64,000 bases of DNA. Source: Fimbriosthenelais zetlandica. Lineage: Eukaryota. This document shows positions 1 through 12,140 of the stretch, piece after piece (position 1 is the first letter of the stretch; the number at the start of each line of letters is the position of its first letter). Both the position numbers and the translations under genes were made by a program. The notes under the pieces are model-generated. The model was not told the origin of the DNA and did not search any database. It saw nothing but the letters and a program-made list of their open reading frames with translations. The stretch lies in the NCBI GenBank assembly GCA_977030845.1, contig OZ365114.1, positions 27,218,001 through 27,282,000 of the forward strand, in the 5' to 3' direction.

Positions 1-3000
1 CAATACAAGCCCGCTTAATATCGACCTGCACGGTATTATAATAGTATAAGGCTGGCCAATTCCATTACATGTTGTGGGACACTGACCCAGGCAACGTGGC
101 TATACTGGCCATTAATTTTACTATACATTGCCCAGTCATGTAGCTTTGCAAAAGGTCTTGTCATGTAGGCAGAGAGTATGCCTACCCTTCTATGATCCAT
201 GATTTTGGTTTGCCAAGATCAATGGTTTAATACAGAGACTGCATGGATTCTTTGAAAGCCCTTTGAATGTTCAGGAAACCATTGTTCAAGGGTCAGAGCG
301 ATATAAATTTGATAGATCGCAAGAAACAGTTTAAATAAGCAATGTTTAGTCAGGCAAGTCTGAGAACATCAGATTGTAAGACCAGAACAAGGCTAGTCAT
401 ATTAGTAAGAGCCATAGCAAGCAAAAGGCAATTGGTCCTGCATGCCTGCAGACTTCTGCTTCTGCTTTTCGGATGATGGATGACACTGATACTCCGATGC
501 ATTTCTTTGATCCCTTCTAATATAACAGCATGGTTAAACTATTAGTGAAGGTCTAAATGAAACCAGGCTTGTGTATGAAGGGCGAACTTTTTCAATTGTG
601 CTTGAAATTGGGGGTTAAGTATCTGTACCAATGCCTTTGTACTGGGTTTGTCTACCCATATCTGGGGCTTAATACAAAGTGAGTATCTGTGGTTGTGACA
701 GGAGACTGTAGAAGCTGGGGTATTAGACCTGGTCCTGGCAGGTATTAATCGCTGTGACTTTACTGTGGGTGGTGGCTATTTCACGCCGCTTTAGTCACCC
801 ATTGATCTGTAATTGTTATTTCTAGGTCAGCTGTGGACAGCTGGAGTTTGGAGGCTAGCTGACAATAGATCACTGAGCTCATGGTATATATAGACAACTG
901 GTACACAGATAATTACTCTACCAGCTCCGAGAAGCATTAAAAACTGTATGGGTATATACCCCTATATATCGATCCGAATTCAATTTGAATGAAAAAATCG
1001 GTTAAGTTCAGCTAATACTTCATGGGATCATACAGTTTTCCAAACCCAATGCAGTTATTTCCTGGGATGTAAACAAGAGAGAAAATCATTATAAATGGGT
1101 AAAAAAAAATGTTAAAAAAAATGTTAAAAAATTAATGGAAGTCCATATCGTAGGATAATGTTGGGCTTCAATGTACTGTACAGCAACCCAAATACAAGCA
1201 ATGCCAAATACAGTTCTCATAATAGGTGACAAAACACACAGGATGGAGAGAAAAAACACTTCACAACTAAAGCATGGGAATGATAATGGGGAATCCGACT
1301 TCAAAGCAGAGCAACCCTTAACAGCTTTTGTCTGAATGAGGCATGAATCGTGGAATGAGGGACAATACATCAGGATCTGAGTCTGAAAGGACTGTCAACA
1401 CCAAGCCCAGAGGTGTCTGCTTCTGGGAATGAAGTGATGGAATATTTGAAGGAATATTTGTCTCCCGAATTCAAGCACCAAAGCAAACCCACAGTAGTTG
1501 TAGAAATACTACGTATTGAAATAAAAGATAACAAGAGACTTTTAAACGTAATCTTAGCAGGGAACTTGGACCAAATGTCAATTTTGTTAACACCTTTGGG
1601 TCCAGAAAAGGAGGGTACGTACTAGACAAATAACGACCTGGATTTTCAAGAGTGAGGAATAAAAGAGAGGGACAGGGCAGAGAAAAGCAAGGTGACAGGG
1701 TGAAATAGAGAGAGAAAGATGACGGGAGAAAGAAAGACAGAAAGAGGGGCAATCACAGAAAGCACAGAGCTGAGCCCAAAGCCCATTCACCATAGGGGAT
1801 AAAATACTATAGCCATAAAGTAATAAATCCTGAATTCTATGCCATGTATTATTCTCAGCTGATTTAGACAATCTCTGTGTTTACTATGTTTCTTTGTGCC
1901 TCAGACTGCTCCCATGTGTGAGAGTGAAAACATCAGCTGTGGCTTAAATGCATCACATACATTGTGTTAGCGGGTCCATTAGTGGGACATCCCTTCTGAA
2001 TTCTTCAGGTAAACTCACGGCCATATTGAGCCATATAATCCTCCCCAGCCACGGCATAGAGCCACAGTGGACATAGATAAGGCCAACAATGAAAAATGTG
2101 TCTCAATAGGTACAAGTCACTGCTGTGTTCCGATATAAAATCCATGTATAGTGCTCCCTCCACATCCGACCACCTACTGAAACCGACCATGTGTGTCTGG
2201 TCCCATTTTCTTTGTTATAATGTTTAAAATATCCCCCTAAACCGACCACCTCCTTATAGAGACCATTGGCCAGGCCCAACGATGGTCAATTTAAGTAGGG
2301 AGCATTCTATGTCTGCATATCATGCAACATAGCCAGGTAAATGTAGAAAGTATAAATTGTTTACCGTCTGTCCAAACTAAGTTGGGCCGAAACCACCATA
2401 GAAATGTACTGTGCTCAACTTTGGACAGACTGTAAGAATAATATGGATGCTCAATTATAAAAATTACTTCACACATCCATGGAAGGGCTGTCATAAAAAT
2501 AAAGCTGGAGTTGCTGGGAACAGACTAATTGCCTTGGCCTGAGGCAGTGGTGGGCGAGCAACTCGGTGGAGCAGCTCTCAGTGCAGCTGGGTGAACACAC
2601 ACACCTCTGTATGTTGAGAACTTGTTTGTTAAAGCGATTCATCAACATGCGTCAGGCCAGCTTGTCCATTAAGGTCGGGTATAGACTATCACTTCACTGT
2701 GTGGATTAGGATGGGTGGACTGGCCGGGAGGTCTCCCTGGACGAGCACAGAGAGAGGGAAACTGTAACAGTAGTGAACGTAGAGAGAGAAGGAGAGGCAG
2801 ATAGAGCTTGGTTAGATGTCCCCATGGGTCAGGTAAAGAATATCACTGATAGGTCTGACTTAGATAAAACAAGGGGAGGTAGCTAAGTGATGAGCAAACG
2901 GAATGAGAAGGCAGTTACTCTTGCTCTATTTTAGTATTTAACCAGTATTTTAAAAGCTGTTGCTTCGAGATACTATAAGAATTTATAGATTCATTAAAAG

Positions 3001-5393
3001 GTTGATTACAGATTTAAATCTCTGGTCTGTCCTTTGTGACCATATCAATGTCATCTCGTTTCATCCGAGATCCACGCGAGATGACGTGCATGGGGACGTC
3101 ATGTGACCACCCAGCGTTCCCAATTAACGTCCATCACCGACACACAGACACCGGCCTGCACACAAATATTGAATAGCCATCAAATGAGGCAGGAGGAGGA
3201 TTTTCTCTCTGAGAGGATTCCCCTGTTCTTCAGTTTGATGATCGACTGATCGGTTCGTTACTCTGACAAAAACCAATACCGGATCCATTCTTAATCCACC
3301 ATCTCTTCTCCATCATTCCACGACAGTAGCCTGGATATTAGCCCTAGAATCTATTTACATGTTGCTTAGGTGATGCTTCTCGACCTTATCTCTGTTTGAG
3401 AGTAACTCATACTCACTCTGGGATAACAATTAATCTTTAAGCACCAGTCAATGTGCTGCCCCACCTCCCCGCTCCCAGGGCTGATGTGGATGTTTTGGAT
3501 CAGAATAAAAAATCTGAATCTGAATCCCCAGGTGTCCTAAAATCAGTAATCTGAAATCCCGTGGTTTTAATATGGTCCCTATTTAGTTCTAAAACTATTA
3601 TAAATGTTCTGAAATCATCCCATGTCTGAATCGCCAATTAGAACATTTCTTGTTCTGCACAAAGCTTCGTAGGTCCATAATCCGTTTCTTTCTTTTACAT
3701 ACTTCTCTTTATTTTCCCCATCCAGGTCTTCCCTCCACATCAACGTCTCTTCCCTTTCCCTCCTTCCTCTATACCTCATTTATTCCCCTTTTCCTCTCAC
3801 CTCTCTTTTAGTTTACAACACCAACAAGCCACCACCAACTGCTATAACCTAATTACTCCCTGCGAATACCTTCTCTCAACAGTCCCACTTCCCACTCAGT
3901 GAAAGAAAATAATGAAATCAACTCCCCCAATGACGTCATAATGTCCCAGCATTTCTCCACCAACCCTAATCACATCTCCTCACCATAGAAACCACCACCG
4001 GAAACCGAATCAGCCTCGTTTCCACTTGCATATCCAATATTTGCCACTGAGAGGAAATGCTTCCGCGGAGATTCTTAGTGTGAAGCCAAACTGAAATATC
4101 TTTCCACTTGACAGGCTTAATCTTATTGGCGGAGAAATCCTCAAAAATCAGCCGCATTCAGAATCGGCAGAAGGAAGTGAATAGTTCATTTTGTCAGCGG
4201 CTTTTAAAGTGTTTGAATTCAAAGGTAACCACCGTCGTTTTCATGAACCCCGCTTCTGGGATCAATGGAGTTTTTTTTTGTGCCTGGAAGGGGGAGCTAT
4301 TGTCTGTCTGTAATGTTCAATAATGCCCGCTTGGTGGCGTTAAATGTCCTCAATTCAAAGCAACTTTCTGACGGATGTGAATTAGCATTGATTTCCGAAA
4401 ATACAGACATTGGAAATTTTTGCTGGAAATGGTATATCCACAGCTTCAGAGAAAGCTTTGGTATAACACTGGTACAACAAAATCATGCACTACCATGGCC
4501 AACAATTTCTGTGAGAAATATTTATTCCATGTATAGACTACCATTTGCAGGGGTTGGGGGAGAACATTAAATTGTGACCTCGGATTGAATAATATCATAT
4601 CATAAGTTAAAACTTAAAAGGCCCTATTAATACTATAATTTTGATAGGCCTACCATCTTCTCTGAAAACTTGCACTCCCTCATTAAGCAAAATAGCTATA
4701 TACGTTGAAGAACTGTACAAATATAGACCTAGCAATACAGATATAGCATCTGCCTAAATAACCCCAACCTCTCACTACTACCTCAAAAGGAAATGACCTT
4801 CCATGATGAGGCATGACCTTGGCTACAGAGGTCACTATTACCTCTCCGCCCATTGGGAGTTACTGAGGAGAGGGACCATTGTAATAGGTCTGATGCCATC
4901 CGAGTCAAGCCTCGGCCGCAATAAAACTTTCCACAAGGCCTGACCGTACTTTTTTGGGGTCATATCCTTGCCACTCCATTCAGCTTCCCAATCTGGCAGT
5001 CAGCATTGTTCCTCAGTGAAGCCATGTCTTGCTGAAGAAGGAGAAGAAGCCGGAGGAAGGAATGCGCTTTGTAAAGGCAGGCTTGGTTGGTTTGAATGTG
5101 GCTTCTCTGGGCTGCTCTGTATCTCCAGCCCGCTATAGAGTGGCTTCATTGGAGGGGAAGGAGAGGAGTCCGGGATATAGAGGAAGTGGTGGAGTGTTAA
5201 ATGTGTGGGCAGGATGGAGATTCTCTCTAGTGTTAAAATACCTGCCGTGTGATAAGTAGCCAGTCTGTGTGTTCGTATACAGGAAGCTTGTGTAAAACTA
5301 TCCAGGCGTGGACCTGTCTCAACATGTCCTAATGTTTACCACTGCATCAGCTTCTCTAGCAACTGATATTTTTCCTGCAGAATATTTTCTTAC

Positions 5394-5417
5394 CTGTTAC
5401 TCGACAGTAAAATGCTC
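5394..5417 (-). CDS. Candidate 24-nt microexon (GAGCATTTTACTGTCGAGTAACAG)
   Basis: Acceptor actttattttttcactcag and donor CAG|GTAAGA. Length is a multiple of 3, and it is open in phase 1 (xAFYCRVT) and phase 2. Confidence 0.25.
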
Positions 5418-5639
5418 CTGAGTGAAAAAATAAAGTAACCATACAGAAATGACAACCATCAAAGCACTGTATTCTTTCAAAAGGCAACATTTTCTATCCA
5501 TATGCAATGCTGAGAGAAATTCCAATAATGTAGGCTTTTAACAATTATAATGACTCGATTAGGATAGAATGAACGTAGTTTAATCAACAACTTGAGCATT
5601 ATGATTGCACATTTATAGTGCAAGCAGAGTATATCCTAA

Positions 5640-5869
5640 AGCCCGACATCCACTGTACTATCTTTGAGGGCACCAATTTTTGTGATCGGCAAAGATCAAA
5701 ATAAAATCGTTACGGATCATTTCTCCATTGATTTACCATTGAAATATTGGCGCCGAACCCAAGATTTTGGCATCCACCAGCCCGATCATCGGAACGGATC
5801 TTTCTTTTGGATCCCGATCGCTTAAGATCGCAAAATCGGGATGAAAATCGGGCTGGTGGATGTCGGGCT
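5640..5869. mobile_element. PIF/Harbinger-type MITE, family A copy 1
   Basis: Perfect 14-bp TIR AGCCCGACATCCAC, TAA on both flanks (5637-39, 5870-72), and a homologous copy at 23256-23486. Confidence 0.88.
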
Positions 5870-6102
5870 TAAGATACTCTGTTACCTATGTAGTCCATGC
5901 AGTCCATTAAGGATATGTAGACATAGGATATAGACAGTGAGATCAGGGTCAGTAACCGCATCAGACTACATAAGTCAAGGGTCAAGCCCGACTGACCAGG
6001 TCAATGTCCACTCATCAGTAAAACTACTACAGAAGCTAAGTGCCAGTCATGGTCTCCATATATAGGCATACATGTACATATTCCGACGAAAAATGGCCTT
6101 AA

Positions 6103-6370
6103 AGGGGCAACATCACGGAGGCGCAATGAGCGCCAGGAAGGCCTGCTTCATTTTGAGTGATGTCATATCGTCCGCAGATTTAAGTACGTCCTATATTTTA
6201 AGTACATCCTTAAATCTTATTACGGCCATACTTAGTTTCAGTAGCTGATTATAAAATTCATCCGTACTTACTGTAAATCTAGGTACGGTCATCCTAAGAT
6301 TTAAGGACATACTTAAAAGGAAGGACATACTTAAAGATGAGCCATCTTAGTGTTCATGATAGTGCCCCCT
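6103..6370. mobile_element. Fold-back MITE
   Basis: Imperfect TIR aggggcaacatcacg / catgatagtgccccct, plus a 22-bp internal inverted repeat (6198-6219 vs 6295-6316). Confidence 0.6.
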
Positions 6371-7252
6371 TATTAACACAAATACAACTATTGGGAAGTC
6401 TAAATCTAATGCTTTGGAAAATATAAAACAATATATAGCTTCATCATTCAGCGACACTCACTGTAAACAAGTCAATGCTCTACATCTTGGGGCTATGAAG
6501 ATTATAAGCATTAATGGCTTAAGTCTTAGGCTTCTTTGAGAGGAAGAGGTGTCCTCTTATCATTTATAATATATTTTATCCTGCTTCAGGGCAATGAAAT
6601 AGGGATTGTAGATGAGGCTAGAGGAAAGGAAAGGATGTATGTTGTTTGACACATCATCCAAGGGATAAACTGAAGGTAACATCTAAATAAATCAGTAACA
6701 AACACAATGTAATAACATTCAAAAGTGTCTCCATTTGAAATAAAAGTATGGGTGTTATCTTCTTGAATATGAAGCTAGGAAATGAAGCCCATGATTTAGC
6801 TCTGTCAGAGACCTCTATCTCTCTCAGTATCCTCAGACAGAATTAGATACATCATTTTCTTGCTCTTATCTGCTTCTTTTCGATTTTTTAAAAGCATGGT
6901 ATGTGTGACTTCAAAGTTAACATGACATAGCTTGCATGTCCTATTAGCAGTATAAGGCTAGGGAAGTGATGTGTCGTCCCATCTTCCTTCTCACTCCATT
7001 CAGTGCCTGTCACCAGTTCTATTCCTTACCCCATGGAGTAGATAAGCTACAGATTGCCTTGTTAATTTGTTAAATGTAGGACAGATTCCCGCCAGCTCAG
7101 CCTGTCACAGGAGCCTGACAGATGTAGGCCGAGCTTGCACCTCCCACAGGATATAAGATGGATTTTCACTAATTGGTTCTGCGTCTAATTAATGATGATT
7201 TATCCCCACAAAGATGGCGCCCAACATACGGTCTTAATGGCTGGTGAAGTAA

Positions 7253-7456
7253 AGACATGTAGGCTATTGGAGGCATGAGGATTGGCTTGGATATCGTCCA
7301 CAGGAAGAAGCCCTATTGAAGGCTTTCTGGTATTGTAAAGAAGGGCATGCAAGCCAAATTTCGGTCTGCAGGAGGGCGAACACAAAGAAAACGGATTTGA
7401 CAGACGATTTGACTGGAGTGAAGGGAAGTCCTACACATGGAAATAGGCAAGGATAA
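7253..7456 (+). mobile_element. Decayed RTE-clade LINE ORF2 C-terminal fragment
   Basis: 67 open codons, RHEDWLGYRPQEEALLKAFWYCKEGHASQISVCRRANTKKTDLTDDLTG, resembling the RTE tail (RxRLAGH..R..E....K..LW.P..G....GR...T..D.L..DTG). Recognised by eye. Confidence 0.5.
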
Positions 7457-8320
7457 GAAGCACACTTGAAAGTGCCAAATCAGCTTTGGACTCCCCTGGG
7501 TCTGAGATAGCTCAGAAATGAGGAATCAGGGTGACAGATATTCCCCCCACTGACTTCAACACCTGCGAGGCTCACGAGAATCTGAGATTCTGTATAGACA
7601 TGGACGATGCCATTAATATGCCACAGTGATTTATAATTGGAACTACTATAATTGCCTGTAAGAAATGTGAAAATAGTGAAACAATATTGCCATTATTAAC
7701 TTCTGTTTTATTATGAAATCAGATGGAAGAAAACAAAATCAAGAATCCTAAATTTCAATCAAATCAGGAAGCCATATAAGTATAAGACAACTGGCCCTTG
7801 GAACTTGAACAAAACCAAAAATTTCTCTCAACAGTTAAGACGTTTAAGACAAAAGCTACTCGTCTTCTGAAGTGAAGAAGCCCCATAGATGAATGACCTG
7901 TTTATTTAGACTAGCCTCTGCTACACAGTTAACAGGTGTGAAGTAGATAAATGATTCAGAGATATACAGGATTTTACGTCAATGATCAAGGTCGTAATTT
8001 AAGGTGTAATGTAGCAAGGAAACAACTGAGAAAACAATACGGGATTGTCATTACTTTAACGAGCTATAGCAGGTGTAGGGAAGGGAATTTATAAAGCAGT
8101 ACATGTATTCTGAAACAAACAACAAAAAACCTCTCATACAGGGACGATGTGATTTGCAAGCAGCCGATAGAAAATTCCGGACACTCATTATCAGAATATG
8201 CATGGGGTTTTTAGCTCCTTTGATGTCAGGAAAATTTCCTGAATATATTTCCTGAATATTGTGATGTACAATGTAGGCCTTATGTAGGCCTAAAGGGAGT
8301 CATAGTTGGAAATCAAGGTA

Positions 8321-10638
8321 CACTGCAAGTACGAACTACATGACCGTCATGTAGTATCTACATGACCGTATGGGTTCATTTTTGTCAGTCATGTAAAATC
8401 CTGCCTGTAAAATCGGCTTAAGCCGCGACCACCCACTCAATCCCATTTTACATAAAGCCAACTACAGTCATGCAATTTGAGCTTATGAGGGTGGCTAAAT
8501 AGGGGCGGGGGGGGGGGGGGGGGTGCATGCGGGGGCCTGATAGGGGTGGGCAGCCTATATATAATGGGGCACTGATGGGAGTCTCAGAAGTAATTTTATT
8601 TTCGTTTATTTCGACTTTATTTTGCATCATTTGCCTTATTTCATCAATTTGCAACATCATTTCATCATGTTTATCATTCTCATCTCCATTTCCTATGATA
8701 TATTTTCCTTGTGTTTCCAATACCCTGTGACTGGAGTAGTAATCCTTTTCCTGAAAGAAAATACTTTATACTTTAATTAAATGTCAGTGTTATATGAACA
8801 ATTGCCAGACAGGCCTATTTTAAGCATTTTCTATTAGTAGGTCTAGCTCCAAATTGTGGAGTAGGCCTAATTCTAGCCAAATAATTTCTAACTTTATAAG
8901 ATAGATTAAAACTTTAGAATAGACAAAGTACCTTTATATGGGTCTATTGTTCAAGCCGCTTGGTCAGGGCATTGAAGCTTTCTCACCACTGGCCATTGTG
9001 TAGCCTGTCCCCCTGTGGTCAGACTGGCGCGACAGAGAGTCACTGTGGATTCAGCAGTAATTATCCAGTCCTTTTAAATCTCTTGTAGTATCAACCTGTA
9101 TGATATACAAAATTATCGGCCTTAAGGGTATGACAGCAACTCTTTCCATTGTATGTATTTCAGCAATGTGAAACACTCTGTTCTCTTAAAACACATAAAG
9201 ATGAGAATTATCATGCCAAGTTTAAAATTCAGAGGATGTTACTTGGTGTATACTTACCCTATCTTGTCCATGCAAATCCATGGTATGACTTGTGGATACT
9301 ATTACTAGTATTAGTTGTTCTCTGTGTGTATATAACTTTCTTTTTTCTGGAATCTTTAAGAAATGCAAAAATAAGTATTAGACATAACTTTAGTGAAATG
9401 ATTTCAAATAAACCGTAGAATGTGATGGATTAAGTATAGGATATAAAGAATATTACCTGTTTTAAATCATCCAAAGGCTTTCATTGCTTCCTCGTGTAGA
9501 CGTCCTCTCTCAACTAGAGTTAGAAGGGAAATAAACCTTCTCTACCCCACCCCCCATTCCCCAACCGTGTAGGCTACACAAAGCTTAATCCCTCTTTTGT
9601 TCTGAGTCTTAGTTGGGGGAATGCTGTAAAACGCTAACATTAAGAGTGTGTCTTTCTTTTGCGATTCTCGTGTTTTAAAAAATCGCGACATTAAGAAACA
9701 CGAAATTAGTGTCTTAAAGTACACTGGAATAGGAAAACATTGCCAAAACGCTAATATAAGTATCATGAAATTAATTGTGAAATTAATGATGAATTGAAAG
9801 ACGCGAAATTAAACTGTTTTACAGTAATACTCCAAAATACTCAATAAGACCAAAGCTATTTGGAGCGTAGGAATTAATAATACCACACCATTATTATCTT
9901 CCAACTCCCAGCTTTTCCCATTACCCATTTTACCTACAGTCACACCCGTCTAAATTGACTAATTCAAAATCTATAAACTTTGGAGGAAAATAACATTATA
10001 CTACTATAGTATATTTGTTAATTACTAATATTAATATAGCTAGGCGAAATACATACCAAGCATTATGACACGCATCTATGACCATGACAAATTGAAATAT
10101 CGGCTGAATAGCTTAAAGCTCTTGTTTACTTTTCTGTTAATGCACCGACGATAAGTAAAGTTTAAAAAGCAATGCATCGCATTATATTGTATGCAATGAT
10201 ATAAAGTTGTATGGCCGCTCAGTGGTGTCATTTGATAGACTGTATGGATCCAGAGTTGCATACAATGATTTAAGAGACACTTCTATTATTAATTTTCAGT
10301 AGACTGCCATTCAGCGCTTAGGGGTATAGGGTAGGATTATGATTCCGCTGATATAGCATAGCTTTCGGGACCAGCATCATGTAAAAAATGCTTACTGCTT
10401 ATCCTTTATGTAAAATTGACTTATTCCCCCCATATTACATGCGGGTCATGTAAAATTAACTTAACTAGCGGGAGTTACATGCGGGTCATGTAAAATGCAT
10501 GGGGTATAATCCCTTATTCCATTACCGACTCAATTTTACATGACCCTCATGTATCTTGCGCCCACTTGGCTAATTAGACAGATTTTAAGCTGAAATTACA
10601 TTACCCTCATGTAGATTTTACAGAACCTATTTGCAGTG
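8321..10638. mobile_element. Putative non-autonomous CACTG-terminated (EnSpm/CACTA-like) element or its two ends
   Basis: TA|CACTGCAA at 8319-8328 and TTGCAGTG|TA at 10631-10640. Both ends carry subterminal TACATG-N5-CATGTA palindromes (8337, 10436, 10476, 10537, 10597). Confidence 0.55.
9622..9826. mobile_element. Small MITE with T(A/G)CTGTAAAAC termini (Tc1/mariner-like, TA ends)
   Basis: tgctgtaaaac ... gttttacagta termini and repeated internal (g/a)cgaaatt / aaacgctaa words. Confidence 0.5.
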
Positions 10639-11830
10639 TATGTATTATAGGGCTCCAGGGGTATGTTATGAAATGCATTCCCACTTTGGTGGTCACTTCT
10701 AGAATAAACTATTGGCCTGCCTATACCATTGAAGTCTATGATCAAGTTAAGGGTATTTCAAGCTTGACTACAAGCATATCATTGAAGGAAAATAATAAAT
10801 GACCTGTCCCAAAAATCAGATTCATTTCACAAAACACTGGTCTAATACCCGTCCCTCTATCTTCACACTTCACTCAACTCTTACATTTGATTTAATGAGT
10901 TTTAAAAATCAGAGATATAACAAGGCCTGACTCTACTGGTAAAACAACCAGCCAACATAAAGGTTCCACTCCCTGATAAAGCTGAAACTAATGTCAAACC
11001 TTTTTACTTCACTGCTGCATTAATGTCATCCTCATTTCTTTTTAGCAATGACTAAATCAATAATTGCGTTGTACACTTTGGAATTGGAAAGGCAAAATCG
11101 AGGCGGTGGGCTTAGATAACTAGTTAGAAGGTAATGAACGGATGTCTGAGACAATCTCACAGACAATCCAATGCTCTCAGGCAGATGTTCTGAGCCCAGG
11201 GAAATCCGGGGCTTGGATATGGTCCGATAAAACGATCGATTGGCTATAGTCTTAAAGAGAAATGCAATGAGATGGGGAAGATTCAGCTCTCATTCAATCA
11301 AAATTCAGATAGTCTGTGGCTGGTAGGGGAAAGATATCTAAATACCATAAGGAATCTGAGATTTCGAGTGGCAAATGATTAATATAGAAGCGAGATATAC
11401 AAAAGTATATCTTAGAAATACTGGTCTATAATCCTGAGAAGGGTTCAGACAAGTTTAAGCATTGCATTCTATCTGTTGGGGGAATGGGAAGCTTTTCACA
11501 CTCAGCCTTTTGACTTATTCGAGAGCGCAGGGCACCTTCACTTCATTTTCATGAGAATAAATCTTCTACTATTGACCCCTCACAGTGAGCCTGACAGATA
11601 GACTGTTAAACCACTGCGCGGACTGACACACTGACAGTATGAACGATTGTTTTATTGACTGAAGGGACGGCTTTTTTTGAGAAGATTGAAGATCACAGTC
11701 GTTCATCTGGGAGAAATATTACCCTATAGAACAAAGGGTGTGACCTGGCAACCCATCACCCTGATGATGTCCGTTTCTCAGCTCAGTGGGGACAGCTTGT
11801 TTTAATGGCTTTTCCCAAGGGAAACAATTG

Positions 11831-12140
11831 GATTGTTTGTATGGTTGTTTAACGTCACTGTCAACTGTCATGTTTTCATGACCTACTTGTGACAGTGAGA
11901 CCTATGCTCTTTTATATAGTGCTGCCTCACTGAGGTATCACATCGCAGGCACATGCCATGATACCTCACATAGTCACATTATTCTGACACCAGTCCTAGT
12001 GATGTTCTCTTACAACTGTCCCAGGTTGCTGAGTGCCAAGCGAGGGAGCCACTAGTTCCAATTTTTAGTTCGACCTGGCCACGCTTCGAACCAGCGACCC
12101 ACAGCACACAGGGCAGACACTCTCACCACTACACAGCCGA
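11831..12140 (-). mobile_element. tRNA-derived SINE, family 1 copy 1 (near full length)
   Basis: Minus-strand head with A-box-like GCTGTGTAGTGG and B-box GGTTCGAAGC, body AAAAATTGGAACTAGTGGCTCCCTCGCTTGGCACTCAGCA, simple-repeat tail, and a homologue at 28407-28665. Confidence 0.8.

Noticed and set aside
1-900. Possible DIRS-type tyrosine recombinase remnant (minus; ILEGIKEMH, AFCLL)
   Set aside because: Many stops and no recognisable catalytic HSFRIG/R-H-R-Y motifs; too weak to call.
2147-2290. Possible mariner/pogo MITE end with gaccacc repeats
   Set aside because: Only one degenerate end is visible, with no partner TIR.
8448-8720. Coiled-coil-like ORF (possible LINE ORF1 fragment)
   Set aside because: Short, runs into poly-G, and has no diagnostic motif.
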